Source: Haliotis rufescens (lineage: Eukaryota). From it: a stretch of DNA of 64,000 nucleotides. Under the pieces are notes generated by a model. The model was given only the letters and a program-made list of their open reading frames with translations, searched no databases and was not told the origin of the DNA. The DNA is taken from NCBI RefSeq assembly GCF_023055435.1, contig NW_025964334.1, forward strand, positions 25,978,001 through 26,042,000, written 5' to 3'. Below, piece after piece: positions 1 to 12,300 of the stretch. The position numbers were made by a program, and so were the translations under genes. Within the stretch, counting starts at the first letter, position 1; every line of letters begins with the position of its first letter.

Positions 1-270
1 AAGATGGTACTTATCGTTACCCTGTCTGGCGCTCGGCATTAAGGGGCTAAAACAAGTACTGGTCGGCTCGGAATCAGTATACTGCGTCTGAGTGGGGTAT
101 TTATGTTAAACTGCGGCATGGTATCTCAGTGAGTTAGCACTATAAATGGGCATCAGTCCGGACTAGTACAAGCAGCCACACAAACACACACACACGTACA
201 TGCACGTGGCTATATAAGTGCAATAATCTTGGACGCTACGTTAAACCCCATTTCGCCTCACCTCACCTCA
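1..270 (+). mobile_element. SINE body/tail, 5' end cut by the window edge
   Basis: Closely similar to 22500-23110, which carries a tRNA-like head (B-box GGTTCAATCCC); ends in a (CACCT)n tail. Confidence 0.65.
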
Positions 271-1084
271 TGATTACATGTGGGGGACCTACCATTTAAT
301 ATCGTAAGGGGGTAGAGGTGGGGCTGCTATTTTTGTTGAAGACTTCAAAACACGCAATGTTTTTTTCTCTCAAAGGAGTAACCGAACAATTATACTCACC
401 TTTTCTCAGCACACATGCAATTATTTTAAGGACATCCACAATGCCCAGCGAACATATTTTTCGTAATACATAAAGACAATTTATTTTGTCCATGCAACAT
501 AATATAAAATGGCCGGTCCTTTTCCCTGACAAGATCGCATGGAGTTAGTCAGCGACGTACTGGGCGCTAGATGCGACTTGGTATTCAGACTCTAAAAACA
601 TGTTCATCGGCACGATTCAATGGTGGAAATGCAAACAGCGTTCATATATGATATTCATCACTGTGCATAGCATACGTAATGTGAAAATGATTTGCCTTGC
701 CAACACACGGACACATTATGCAGCACATTAGGACCAATCTGAATCAACCCAGCTGCATAGCTCGGTACAATAGTTAGACCTCGGTCCCCAGGTGTATTTA
801 ACTTTTTGGCAGAGCGTAAATATACGTAAGGCCACGACAAATATATTATTTGTTGTTCTGAATCTTGTAATCCTTTATAGACTAACGCTTGGTCTCTGAA
901 AATATATAATTTGAAATTTAAATTGAAAAGGAGCCCCAGTGATATTGGGAGATACTGAACCTGGGTGAAACTTTGCTTCATTTAGGTTACAGCATTAGAG
1001 TCAGAGCTGGGCGTCAAGTAAAATAATATGGTTCAGGGGCTGTCAGACTAAATCCTGTATTGCAGTCTTTTAAATGAGGCTACC

Positions 1085-1765
1085 CCCACATTTGACGACC
1101 CCTACCCTTCACATTTGCCAACCTGTAAGCCCCCCTCCCCCCTACACACACATTTGCCAACCTGTAAGCCCCCCTCCCCCCTACACACACATTTGCCAAC
1201 CTGTAAGCCCCCCACCCCCCTACACACACATTTACCGACCTGTAAGCCCCCCTCTCCCCTCACAATCTGTAAGCCCCCCACCCCCTCCCCCCACACATTT
1301 ACCGACCTGTAAGCCCCCCTCTCCCCTCACAATCTGTAAGACCCCCACCCTTCACATTTGCCAACCTGTAAGCCCCCAACCCCCACACATTGACCGACCT
1401 GTAAACCCCCCTCCCCCCACACATTTGCCAATCTGTAAGACCTCCACCCTTCACATTTGCCAAACTGTAAGCCCCCCCCTGTCAAACTGTAAGCCCCCCC
1501 AATTTGCAAACCTGGAAGCCCCCCACCCCCCATATTTGCCAACCTGGAAGCCCCCCCCCCCCCCCCCTACCTTTGCCGACCTTTAAGCCCCCACCCCTAC
1601 ATTTGCCAACCTGTAAGCCCCCACCCCCACATTTGCCAACCTGTAAGCCCCCACCCCCACATTTGCTAACCTGGAAGCCCCCCACCCCCCACATTAGCCA
1701 ACTGTAAGCCCCCCAGCCTTCACGTTTGCCGATCTGTAAGCACCCCATCCCCACATTTGCCGACA
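1085..1765. repeat. C-rich minisatellite, ~30-39 bp unit (CACATTTGCCAACCTGTAAGCCCCC...)
   Basis: About 20 tandem degenerate copies; explains the Pro-rich and Gly-rich ORFs in all frames. Confidence 0.95.
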
Positions 1766-1979
1766 TGCAAAAGGATCCGAACAACTAATAATTTTTGGCC
1801 TATTGCTCTTTTGAATTATAACATGTTTGCAACACAACATTGAATGTAACGGTATACAGCTGGTGTCTCGTTCTACCAATACACCCTTGTGGCCTTCGGA
1901 CTGTTGGCATAGGGTATTATGGAAATTGTTTATTGTGTCATTACAGGAATACCGTTTCACATTTGGTGCAGCGACATGA

Positions 1980-2322
1980 ATGCGATATGTCAACCTGTTC
2001 AATATCAAGCACCTGTTGGCGGCCTGTCTGTGCAGCCTCGTGGCTACATGCAAATGCCGGTCTATAAATGGAGCTGCGTCGCTTGTATGGCACGGGCGAC
2101 ACCCTGAATGGAACTCACACGTGCTATTGCAGATCGCATTCCAGTCATGTACATAACGCATTCTGTCGGCTATTCGGTATTGAATGTACGTTGGTGGAGT
2201 ATGAATGTCCGACAAACAGGAGTATTGTGGGTATGGTACACAAGAACCGGATATGGCGAATGATTTGTACAACGTATACAGTGAACCAGTATGGCGGATC
2301 CAGTGGCAGAAATTACAGTTGA
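1980..2322 (+). pseudogene. Possible small secreted Cys-rich protein split by a +1 frameshift near 2070
   Basis: Acceptor TTACAG ending at 1946. ATG 1980 gives signal-peptide-like MRYVNLFNIKHLLAACLCSLVATCKC-RSIN; removing one base joins ORF 2068..2322 (…YECPTNRSIVGMVHKNRIWRMIC…, weakly dermatopontin-repeat-like). Confidence 0.25.
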
Positions 2323-2365
2323 ATTGTATTGATACACGTTATTGTGATTGAGGTATCTTTCACGT

Positions 2366-3484
2366 GGAGTGAGTGACAGGGCGAGTGAGTGAGTGAGTGT
2401 GTGAACGAGTTGGTGCGTTAGTAGGCGAGTGACTGAGTGGGTGGATGGGTGAAAGAGTAAGTGAGTGAGTGGGTGGATGGTGAAAGAGTGGGTGAGTGAG
2501 TGAATTGGTGAAAGAGTGAGTGAGTGTATCAACGAGTAGGTGAGTTAGTAGGCGAGTGACTGAGTGGGTGGATGGGTGAAAGAGTGAGTGAGTGAGTGGG
2601 TGGATGGTGAAAGAGTGGGTGAGTGGTGAGTGAATGGGTGAAAGAGTGAGTGAGTGTGTAAACGAGTTGGTGAGGTAGTAGGCGAGTGACTGAGTGTGTG
2701 GGTTAGTATGCGAGTGGGTGAGTTAGTAGGCGAGTAAATGAGTGTGTGGTTTAGTATGCGAGTGACTGAGTGTGTGGGTTAGTAGGCGAGTGACTGAGTG
2801 TGTGGGTTAGTATGCGAGTGACTGAGTGTGGGTTAGTAGGCGAGTGAGTGAGTGTGTGGGTTAATAGGCGAGTAACTGAGTGTGTGGGTTAGTAGGCGAG
2901 TGACTGAGTGTGGGGTAATAGGCGAGTGACTGAGTGGGTGGGTTAGTAGGCGAGTAACTGAGTGTGAGGGTTAGTATGCGAGTGACTGAGTGTGTGGGTT
3001 AGTAGGCGAGTGACTGAGTGTGTGGGTTAGTAGGCGAGTGACTGAGTGTGTGGGTTAGTAGGCGAGTGACTGAGTGTGAGGGTTAGTATGCGAGTGACTG
3101 AGTGTGTGGGTTAGAAGGCGAGTGACTGAGTGTGTGGGTTAGTATGCGAGTGAGTGAGTGTGTGGGTTAGTACGCGAGTGAGTGAGTGTGTGGCTTAGTA
3201 GGCGAGTGAGTGACTGAGTGTGTGGGTTAGTATGTGAGTGTGTGGGTTAGTATGCGAGTGAGTGAGTGTGTGGGTTAGTAGGCGAGTGAGTGAGTGTGTG
3301 GGTTAGTAGGCGAGTGAGTGAGTGTGTGGGTTAGTAGGCGAGTAACTGAGTGTGAGGGTTAGTATGCGAGTGACTGAGTGTGTGAGTTAGTAGGCGAGTG
3401 ACTGAGTGGGTGGGTTAGTAGGCGAGTGACTGAGTGGGTGGGTTAGTAGGCGAGTGACTGAGTGGGTGGTTCAGTGAGTGAGTT
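2366..3484. repeat. (GAGT)n-derived microsatellite grading into a 28-bp minisatellite GTGACTGAGTGTGTGGGTTAGTAGGCGA
   Basis: Direct tandem periodicity (e.g. TAGGC at 3003 and 3031). Confidence 0.95.
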
Positions 3485-5491
3485 ATATAACAGCACATAC
3501 GATTGATGACCTATTATGAAAACCCAAAGTGACACACACCAGAACCTTGCATCTCTTGAATGACACCAGTGATGTTTGTACTTAGAACAAAAACACCCTT
3601 GGTGAAAACCACAAGCACAAACAAGACAAACAAAATATATTAACCGTGTCGAATCCTGCACTTGTACCAGCGACCAAAGCTCCTCTTAAACATCGACAAA
3701 CTAACCTCGAAGTTGCCAATCACAAATAAATACAAACAATCAACATGACACATGTAACGACAACGGAACAAACGTCAAACAATAATTACAGTTTGACAAA
3801 AAATATGAACAATCCAATCACAATGAACCCGATCTAATAGCGGTTCTATGTTTTCATGACCTAATTACTTCATTCAGACTAGAAACTACATATGTGTTTT
3901 CAAAATAGGCTACATTTGGGAATAATTTGGATGATAATGCTATTTCCTGAAAACAGTGTTGAAGGGCAAATATGAGTCATCGTGACATTTATATTATTTT
4001 AGTATTGATATTTCAAATATACAATATATTACCATGGGAACCAGTCGCGAATCGGTGTCACAGATGATGTTTCACACAGTTATGTTATCGTCGTGTATGC
4101 ATACACGGCGAGTGGGGTATCTAGGGCTTGGAATACTTATTAATGTTTCAAACATGCAATTATATTTAGTGGAGGACAGGCTGCCAGTGTCGAAACTGTC
4201 TGCGAATCAGATGACGATGACACAATTAAAGCAGCAACGATCTGATCGTGTGTATGCATAGACACGGGGGTAGGAATCGAAAGGTGTATGCGTGTACTCA
4301 CAGTTAATGAGATGTGCTTGTCAGTACCATGTCGCACTTCCTTATATTCAGCGGAAACGAGCGCGCTTGGCTACATTGACTAACATCAACAAACTAGGCC
4401 ATGTTCCCGAGGAGGTGTGTCACAGGACAGTCGGGACAGATGCATTACTGTGAAACAGTGGACTTTTAGAGTAAATATATCTCACTGGGACATTAGCTCG
4501 TCATCGTCGCCTCACACACGGGTCAGTTTCCAAAATACCTGTGGCAATCTCACGTTCAGGTCTTAGGGTTAAAGTTCATAGAAGTCACTGCAGGAGATAC
4601 ACGATGCATATATACGTGATATATTAGTCTGTCTTACAGACCCTGATACAAATATATCAAATACAGCACATGTGAGTCTATAATGTTTGGCAAGTCTAGA
4701 TTACTGCAGTATCAGTATCTGAAAATGAAGACAGTGTCTGGTTCCCTTTTATTATTTTTTAATTAAGATAATTTAACAACTGTTTTTTTCTGTACGATAT
4801 GTTCATTTCAGACTAGATGTTAGTCTAGTGATATGTTTAAGGCATATAATTTAATGTTGTGAAGCTGTAGTGCATGAACAAAAGTATTGATTTGAATTTC
4901 CAAATGCATTCGATGTTACATTTCAGTGTGGACGATAACATTATATGCGGCATAACCAATAACATTTTCGCTTGAACCGGAAACCTTATAATATATTCAT
5001 GTGGTAGGCAACAAAAGTAGTCATAAATATTTTTAAAAGTTAAACAAAATGAAATTAAATAGATGCGTTTGCATTGTAGTTACGTTGAATTATTAATTGC
5101 GTGACGATAGATACTGTGTTTTTGCTCGGAGCTCGGAGATTCACACTCGTGGGCCCCAAACGGTTAGTGTGCTGTACAACTCAATGCCCTAGGGATGAAT
5201 AATCTTATCGCTGTGACAACAGTTCACCGTGCCTGTCCCACACGGGCCGAATTCCTTGGTGTGGAGAAGGTAACAAATACATTTACCTATGATCCGAATC
5301 CCATCTGCTCAATAATTAACGAATAGTGTCAATATTATTGACGTTTGGTACAAACCCGAGCACAGGGACGACACGCGAAGACAGCTGAACTACTTCGCGC
5401 GAGTTGATCGACTCAGTTATAAATCACTCCTGGTTTTACCGCTAAATGGAACAAGGCGCGCGACAAAATAACTTAACATGTGACATCTTAC

Positions 5492-5760
5492 CTTCACCCA
5501 TACCGACATCAGAGTGAGAACAGGCAGGGGTATCCTATAATGTCGTCTGCGTGTTGTGACAGTGTCGTCTGCTCGGGATGACAATGTCGTCTGCTGCTAA
5601 AACATCGCATTGTTAATGACCATACTGTCAATGATGACGCCTCGATGTAAACAGTCCATGTGTCACCTCGGATTCCACAGTGTCCTCTTCCACAGCACTG
5701 ACTCTTCTTAAAGAGGGGGCGTTCTCCTTGAGGCGTGGTCGTGGCTTGCGCCAATGTGAC
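5492..5760 (-). other. Candidate first exon/promoter of an unidentified leftward gene
   Basis: Minus strand: ATG GGT GAA G|GTAAG strong donor at 5491; GC box, CCAAT and TTTAAGA upstream; CpG-rich. No downstream exon confirmed. Confidence 0.25.
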
Positions 5761-6875
5761 TGTGTATAGGTCTGGATGTTCGGGTTAGTTCATCCGATTG
5801 ATCCCCATTCCGAGGGCCTGACGCCTGATCCCCGTGGCTCCGTCTCGGGCAGTGGCTATAGATAAGTACTGACCCGCTTTCGTCGTTATAAGATACGCAG
5901 TCGGCTCCCTAATAGAGAGGGCGCGTTGTGTACAGTCGCCAACAAGCACATGTACAATGGCTGCATTCAGAGTTGAATGTGTTATGGACGTGTGTTTACA
6001 GAAGTGACAAATGTAAACAGGTTGTCTGTAAGCTGTGGCAATTTGTCAGCTGTGGTATATGATGGATATCATCGAAGGAGGATAGATACATGAAACGATA
6101 AATCTAGCCGCGATAATAGCAAGTAAAATGTTTGACTCAACAAACAAAATGAACACGGAAGCGAACGTCACGCCTCGTCCTTGCGGCGAAAGGTAAACTA
6201 GGACACTGCGGAGGAGGGAAGTATCTTTATTTCAACACGTGGGTTCATCTCTCCGGTCCGATGAGCGTATCCGGTATTAGCTATAACCAGTTGTATTTGT
6301 GCCCGGTATGAAACTGGGTTACTGTCTCTCCTCAGCCTGGGTGCCCTGCTGCCACACACACATGGAGCTTGATAATAAGATAATGATTGTTGGATAACCA
6401 GTTCACCGGTTTCCAATGACCGAGGTGACTCCATAGACACACATTCGGCCTTGGAAAGGAATATTGTGCTATTGCCAACGACGGTGACCCATGTTTAGGC
6501 ATCAATAATACTTCATAAATCCCGTCGACTATGCTTGCTGTAAGAGGCGACTAGCGGGATCGTGTGGTCAGGCTCGCTGTCTTGGTTGATGCATGTCATC
6601 GTATCACAATTGCGTGGCGGATTGATGATCATGTTATCAATCACTGGAATCTCTGGTCCAGACTCGATTATTTACAGACCGCCGTCATATAGCTGGAATA
6701 TTGCTGAGTGAGGCGTTAAACAACAACCAAACCAAAACAAATATAAATCCCGTCTTTCACCAGCAATATATTTTTTTTCCAAAAGAGTTTTTTTAGTCCC
6801 TTTACAGCAGGATAAGTGTTTTAAAGTGCCCTTATGTGACGCCTCGAAATGTCCGGTTTAATATGTCCATGATAG

Positions 6876-7041
6876 TGAGTGAGTGAGTATGGTTTTACGC
6901 CGCTTTTAGCAATATTCAAGCAATATCACTGCGGGGGACACCAGAAATGGGCTTCACACATTGTACCCATGTCGGGTATCGAACCCGGGTCTTCGGCGTG
7001 ACGAGCGACCGCTTTAACCACCAGGCTACCCGACCGCCCCC
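6876..7041 (-). mobile_element. tRNA-derived SINE, family A (~165 bp)
   Basis: A-box and B-box (GGTTCGATACC), GTC anticodon-like loop, (CACT)n tail, TSD TGTC(C/A)ATGATAG. Confidence 0.9.
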
Positions 7042-7077
7042 TGTCAATGATAGGAAAGAGCTGATTGCAGACCTCAA

Positions 7078-7240
7078 GGGGCGGTGGGGTAGCCTAGTGG
7101 TTAAAACGTTCGCTCGTCACACCGAAGACCCCGGTTCGATTCCCGACATGCGTACAATGTGTGAAGCCCATTTCTGGTGTCCCCCGCCGGGATATTGCTG
7201 GAATATTGCTAAAACTGCGTAAACCCATACTCACTCACAC
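7078..7240 (+). mobile_element. tRNA-derived SINE, family A
   Basis: A-box TAGCCTAGTGG, B-box GGTTCGATTCC; inverted relative to the 6876-7041 copy. Confidence 0.9.
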
Positions 7241-7442
7241 TGCATACCTCTATTTTCTTCGTTCCCTTCATTTCATAAGATACTGTTCATGGTGTTATCA
7301 TCAATAGATATTACCCCAACTCGTTGAAATTGACTTTACAGGGGACGTTTGGATATCACAAACTGCCTTGAATGGGGATCAGAATATATGTATACATATA
7401 TGGAGCCTCTGAAGATCTGGGTTCGACTCCTCTCATGGGTAC

Positions 7443-7529
7443 CATCTTCCCGAGGCAAGAGAGTTAACTGACTTTAAAAGTCCAGTTTCCACTTTTATAG
7501 TCAGTTAACTCCTTTGCCTCGGGAGGATG
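7443..7529. mobile_element. 87-bp palindromic MITE (CAT...ATG termini, 8-bp TSD; P/hAT-like)
   Basis: TIR CATCTTCCCGAGGCAA…; TSD ATGGGTAC at 7435-7442 and 7530-7537. Relatives at 30253-30350, ~11110-11606 and 54858-55655. Confidence 0.8.
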
Positions 7530-8237
7530 ATGGGTACAGGACCAGGCAATCCAGTGATAAACATCATGAGCATCGATGCACGCAGTTGGGATACAATGAC
7601 ATGCATCAACCAAGACAGCGAGCCTGACCACCCGATCCCGAAGTTAGTCGACTCCTACAGCAAGCATGGGTTGCTGAAGACCAATATTAACCCGGATCTC
7701 CAGCTCTTGCCCCGTGGATATTCAAGGCAAGAATTGGCCCCAAGCATATACTCTTCGTAAGAGACGAACGGCGGTGGGGTAGCTTAGTGGTTAAAGCGTT
7801 TGCTCGTCACGCCGTGATATTGCTGGACTATTGCTAAAAGCGGCGCATACTGATCCACTCACTCACTCATTAAGGAGTCAGTGAATTATCACTCCCAAAC
7901 ATGAGTATCGTTCAGGATAACTAAACGAGACTTGGGTGGTTGCAATGTGTGACCTGATTGAATGTGTGTCGTCGTTGCCCATGATTTCAACCACTGGTTT
8001 ATCAGACTCAGGTTCGATTACATACAGGCCGCAGTTGAACTGGACTTGGTCTTGCAGTCACGTAAAATAACATCCACCCCTCACTCGTTCCCGCACAAGA
8101 AAAGGTTGCCAACAAATTAAGAAGTTTTCGTTTCCCACATGGCTACAATGTGTGAAGCCCATTTATTGTATCCCCGCCGTAATATTGCTTGAATATTGCT
8201 AAAAGCGGCGTAAAAACATAGTCACTCACTCGTAGGA

Positions 8238-8403
8238 GTGAGTGAGTGAGTATGGTTTTACGCCGCTTTTAGCAATATTCCAGCAATATCACGACGGGGG
8301 ACACCAGAAATGGGCTTCACACATTGTACCCATGTCGGGAATCGAACCCGGGTCTTCGGCGTGACGAGCGAACGCTTTAACCACTAGGCTACCCGACCGC
8401 CCC
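8238..8403 (-). mobile_element. tRNA-derived SINE family A, near-consensus copy
   Basis: Full head to tail; TSD CTCACTCGTAGGA. Other copies at ~12115-12265, 17425-17575, 19777-19930, 22014-22171, 30355-30507, 58198-58360. Confidence 0.9.
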
Positions 8404-9310
8404 CTCACTCGTAGGAGCGACCAAAGGGATGACCATGGATCCTGTGGTCAGACCCGGTAGAGTGTGTGTCATCGTACCTCGATCGCTGCTAACAATATCA
8501 ATCACTGTATTGTTTCGTCCAGACACGAATATTTACAGACAGTCGTCGTGAATATTGCTGGAGTATTGCGGCGTTGAATAACAAACAATCTTGCTTTCTT
8601 ATTTGGCGGGCCTTCGTCTACGCATAGACTAAACATTGCGCATGAGTCCATATATACATGAAAGTATATCTTCGTCTGAATTCGCTTCTGGGTTACAATA
8701 TGTTGCTAGTAACCTTTATATACCTGTCGTAAGGAAATTACGTGGATCGGTTGTTTTGCAGGCTCAGTGACTTGATTGATTGCGTTTCATCGTAGCTCGA
8801 CGGCGTAGATCGTTGCTCATAATATCAACCCCTTTTTTCTGTCCCAGCCTTTATTATCTACCAGCTGTGATGATATAGGAATATTGTGACTGCATTAAAC
8901 TTGAACAAAACCTTCAAATTCTTTAACTGTTGGAACTGACGAAAGCAGTCCTAAAATCCTTAATTTTCAAAATGCCAATTATGTCCCTTTGAACAACACT
9001 TTTAGGCATTTAAACACAAGGTGTCGCGTTTGTTGGGGCGATAGACAGGTTTGACTGCCATAGAGCGCTTTCGCTCCTCGCAGCACTTCACGTTGTGCAG
9101 CCGCAAGGGGGCGAAGGACAAGGGTACCAGTCTACTAGGAGGCAAAGGACAGGATACCAGTCTAGCTGGAGAGAGTATATTACGTCTTTCTTCATTGGGT
9201 TTCGGCATGATATCTACCAATCAAATTACGCGTTACATTTACACGCGGCTGCCAGATTCGTGGGCTGTTTCCGGTCGGGACCTCCCAATTTTTATATCTT
9301 ACTCAGCATC

Positions 9311-12300
9311 ATGGCAGACGAAGCAGAATTGTCTAAATCCTTTTTGTGGAGTGTAAAAAATGGAGACATTTCAGAAGTGAAAACTCTCATGGCCAAAGAG
9401 GTTACTATTGTTTTCATTTATATTTGCGATCCTTTTATTTGTTGTTTAATGCTCTGTTGTATATGGATCTCCGTGGCAATTTGACAGAACTTCGGTTTTC
9501 GTGTATTTGGACAAATCCCAAGTGCAAATTTCATGTAGGCCTAATGTTAAATAGAAAGATTTCTTAGACCCTTCGCAACCCTAAGTAACTTTGAAAATAT
9601 GTGTCAAAAGATTAGTGTACGCCATGTGTTGCTGGGGATACTATCTATTCCCGTTTTTACATCTCGCATTCTTGGGATGTCGAACACAAGTCATGGTGCT
9701 TAAAGAACCTTTTACCACCGAGATTGATTTGTTCTTAACTAAATTATCGTTAACTAACTGGTACAATTTTGTACCCAGGACAAACTGGAACAAACCGACA
9801 TTTAGTTGATACATAAACTGATTGCCCACATGTTACTGTTTTAGATATACAACAAGGAAGCAGTTTTCATCTTAGTCATCTGCCATGACTGCATAAGTGA
9901 TTAAGGCTGATTTGCATGTATTTCGCTTTTCGTCAAAGGTTCTATTATTTTTAATTCTGCTTATTTGGTTGTAGATATTAGAGGTATCTTGTTTGTTTGT
10001 ATCTTGATTAACACCACTCCGCAATATACCAGCTATATGACTGCTGTCCATAAATAATCAAGTCTGGACCAGACAATCCAGTGATTGACATCATGAGCAT
10101 CGATCTACGCAATTGGGATACAATGACATGCATCAACCAAGTCAGCGAGTCTGACCATCCAATCCTGTTAGTCGCCTCTTATGACAAACATGGGTTGCAG
10201 AACACGTATTCTAAGCCGAATCTTCATGGGTAGATGTATTTTGTTTTGAAACTTAAGTTGGTATGATCAGGATATTGTTCATAAAATAAAATGTCGCCTG
10301 CTAGCTTTTCTAGGAATTATTGTTTTTGAGCGTGGAGCACAAATAATGATTCTGAAGTGTATGCAGTGTTATGTATTATCAAATCCTGGGATTTTGTTTT
10401 GAGAGTAGATATATTATCAGTTGCAGCTGCAAAACCAGATATTTTATTTATTAGAACTATGAGCCTGATCATTTAAAAAACGCAAAACATCTTGCAACAC
10501 TGCAGTAAATACTGTCATAGTTAAATGGATACTGACCAAAGATATAATAATATGAAATCTTTGCAAGCAAATTTTGATAGCGCAACAGAATAATTCAGGT
10601 ATTTTGACTCGGCAATAATAGTTGATAGAATTTGGTTGATATTTGCAAAGAATGCTGAAGCTAATCCACTTTTCCAAGACAGGTAGTTTTATGCATGGAA
10701 TATGATAATCAATGAATTTGTTTTGATGTTAAATTTTCTTGCAGAAATCTCTTGGCACAAAGGAAATAGCAGGAAGGAGCCCGATCCATTTTGCTGCAGA
10801 TTATGGCCAAACAGCTGTTGTGGAATATCTAGTGGCTAATGGGGCTGGTATAAATGTAAGTACATTGATTTTACTGTTACTTCCCTGTCAGACAGCCTAA
10901 TCTCTTGTTCTCAATTATGCAGCTACTTTTAACTGGGTCAAAAGTCGTAGGTGACAATGGTGCTGCAATTTACTGTGCTAAGTAACATCCCTTAGCCATA
11001 TCAGGAACTGCTGAATGGTGATGCAAATCACTGTTTTGCTAGCATTATGATCTTTGGTTTGATGGCACCGTACTCATGTGCTTCAGCATGCTCTATATCT
11101 CCAGGGCTCCAGCCTACACTAACCCTTGCTGAACGAGGCAGAAATTCCGGAGTTACATTTTGGCTGGACTAACAAGTCTATGCATAGTCCAATCAAAATC
11201 GTGTAACGAACTAGACATTCAGTTCATAAACAACATGGATGTCAACATGCAGATTTCAGTCGACTGCAGGATTTGCGAAACATGGGTACTGTCAACTGGG
11301 CGTTGACTGATATTTTGCTAATCTTTTCATATTTTTATTCAAGGTGCTCAAGTGGTTTGATGCAATTTGCCTTTCATTACAATTTTGATCTTGATTATTG
11401 ATAAGATCATCTTGATAGGTGACACCATTTTGTTTGAAGCAAATGTAAGTGATATGAAAGATTGAATCTGACAGGTCAATAAAAGGGACATAAATCGTAA
11501 TAGCCACTAGTAGGGCTACGATCGAGCCTGGAAACTCCAGCCCAGTTCGGTAAGGGTGGAAACCTGGACTTTTATAGTCAGTTAACACCCTTGCCTCGGA
11601 AAGATGTACAAATCCTGGATCCAGTCCCAAGGTTCTCGCAATCTGAAATTACCCGCCCTTAATTTTCATTTTTTGTATGATTTTACCGACCAATCAAAAT
11701 TGAGATAGGGTAAAAAGAAATGGGTAATGGAGGTGGACATGAAGACATCCTTTCCATCAAAAGGATATTTGAGGGCTTTCTTTTACAAGTCAGTCAGTTC
11801 ACAGGAGGAAGGTGTTTCAGCATGTGCACTGATATGACATCAGAATGGCCAAGTCATTTAGGGCGCCACAATTAGCTGTGCAGAACTGCCTGCCTTGGGC
11901 ATACCAGAAACCTATGATTATGGGTTCAAATCCTGGTTCCTTGCGCTTATATTTGTAGGTCCATCAGCTCTATGTCCGTGCTCGTGGGTTTCACCAAAGT
12001 GATAAACGTCTGAGACTGACATCACTTTGGGTTTCCTCCCACATTGATATAACTGGAATAGTGTTGAACTTCCATGCATCGTTAACCTGAACTCAGTCAC
12101 TCTCCTCCTGTGAAGGGCGGTCGGGTAGCAGAGTGGTTAAAGCATTTGCTCGTCACACCGAAGACCTGGGTTCGGGTCCTGACATGGGTACAATATGTGA
12201 AGCCCGGTGTCTCCCACCGTGATATTGCTGGAATATTGCTAAATAAAACCTGAGTATCTCACTCTTCCTGTGAAATTGCAGGACTGAGGAATGTGGTCTT

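Noticed and set aside
1074-1784. Extensin-like Pro-rich and Gly-rich ORFs
   Set aside because: Translations of a C-rich minisatellite, open in several frames on both strands.
7078-7150. tRNA-Asp-like genes (also 22014, 30355, 58198) and tRNA-Leu-like head at 16058
   Set aside because: SINE heads: no proper acceptor stem or T-run terminator, followed by a shared body and tail, and flanked by TSDs.
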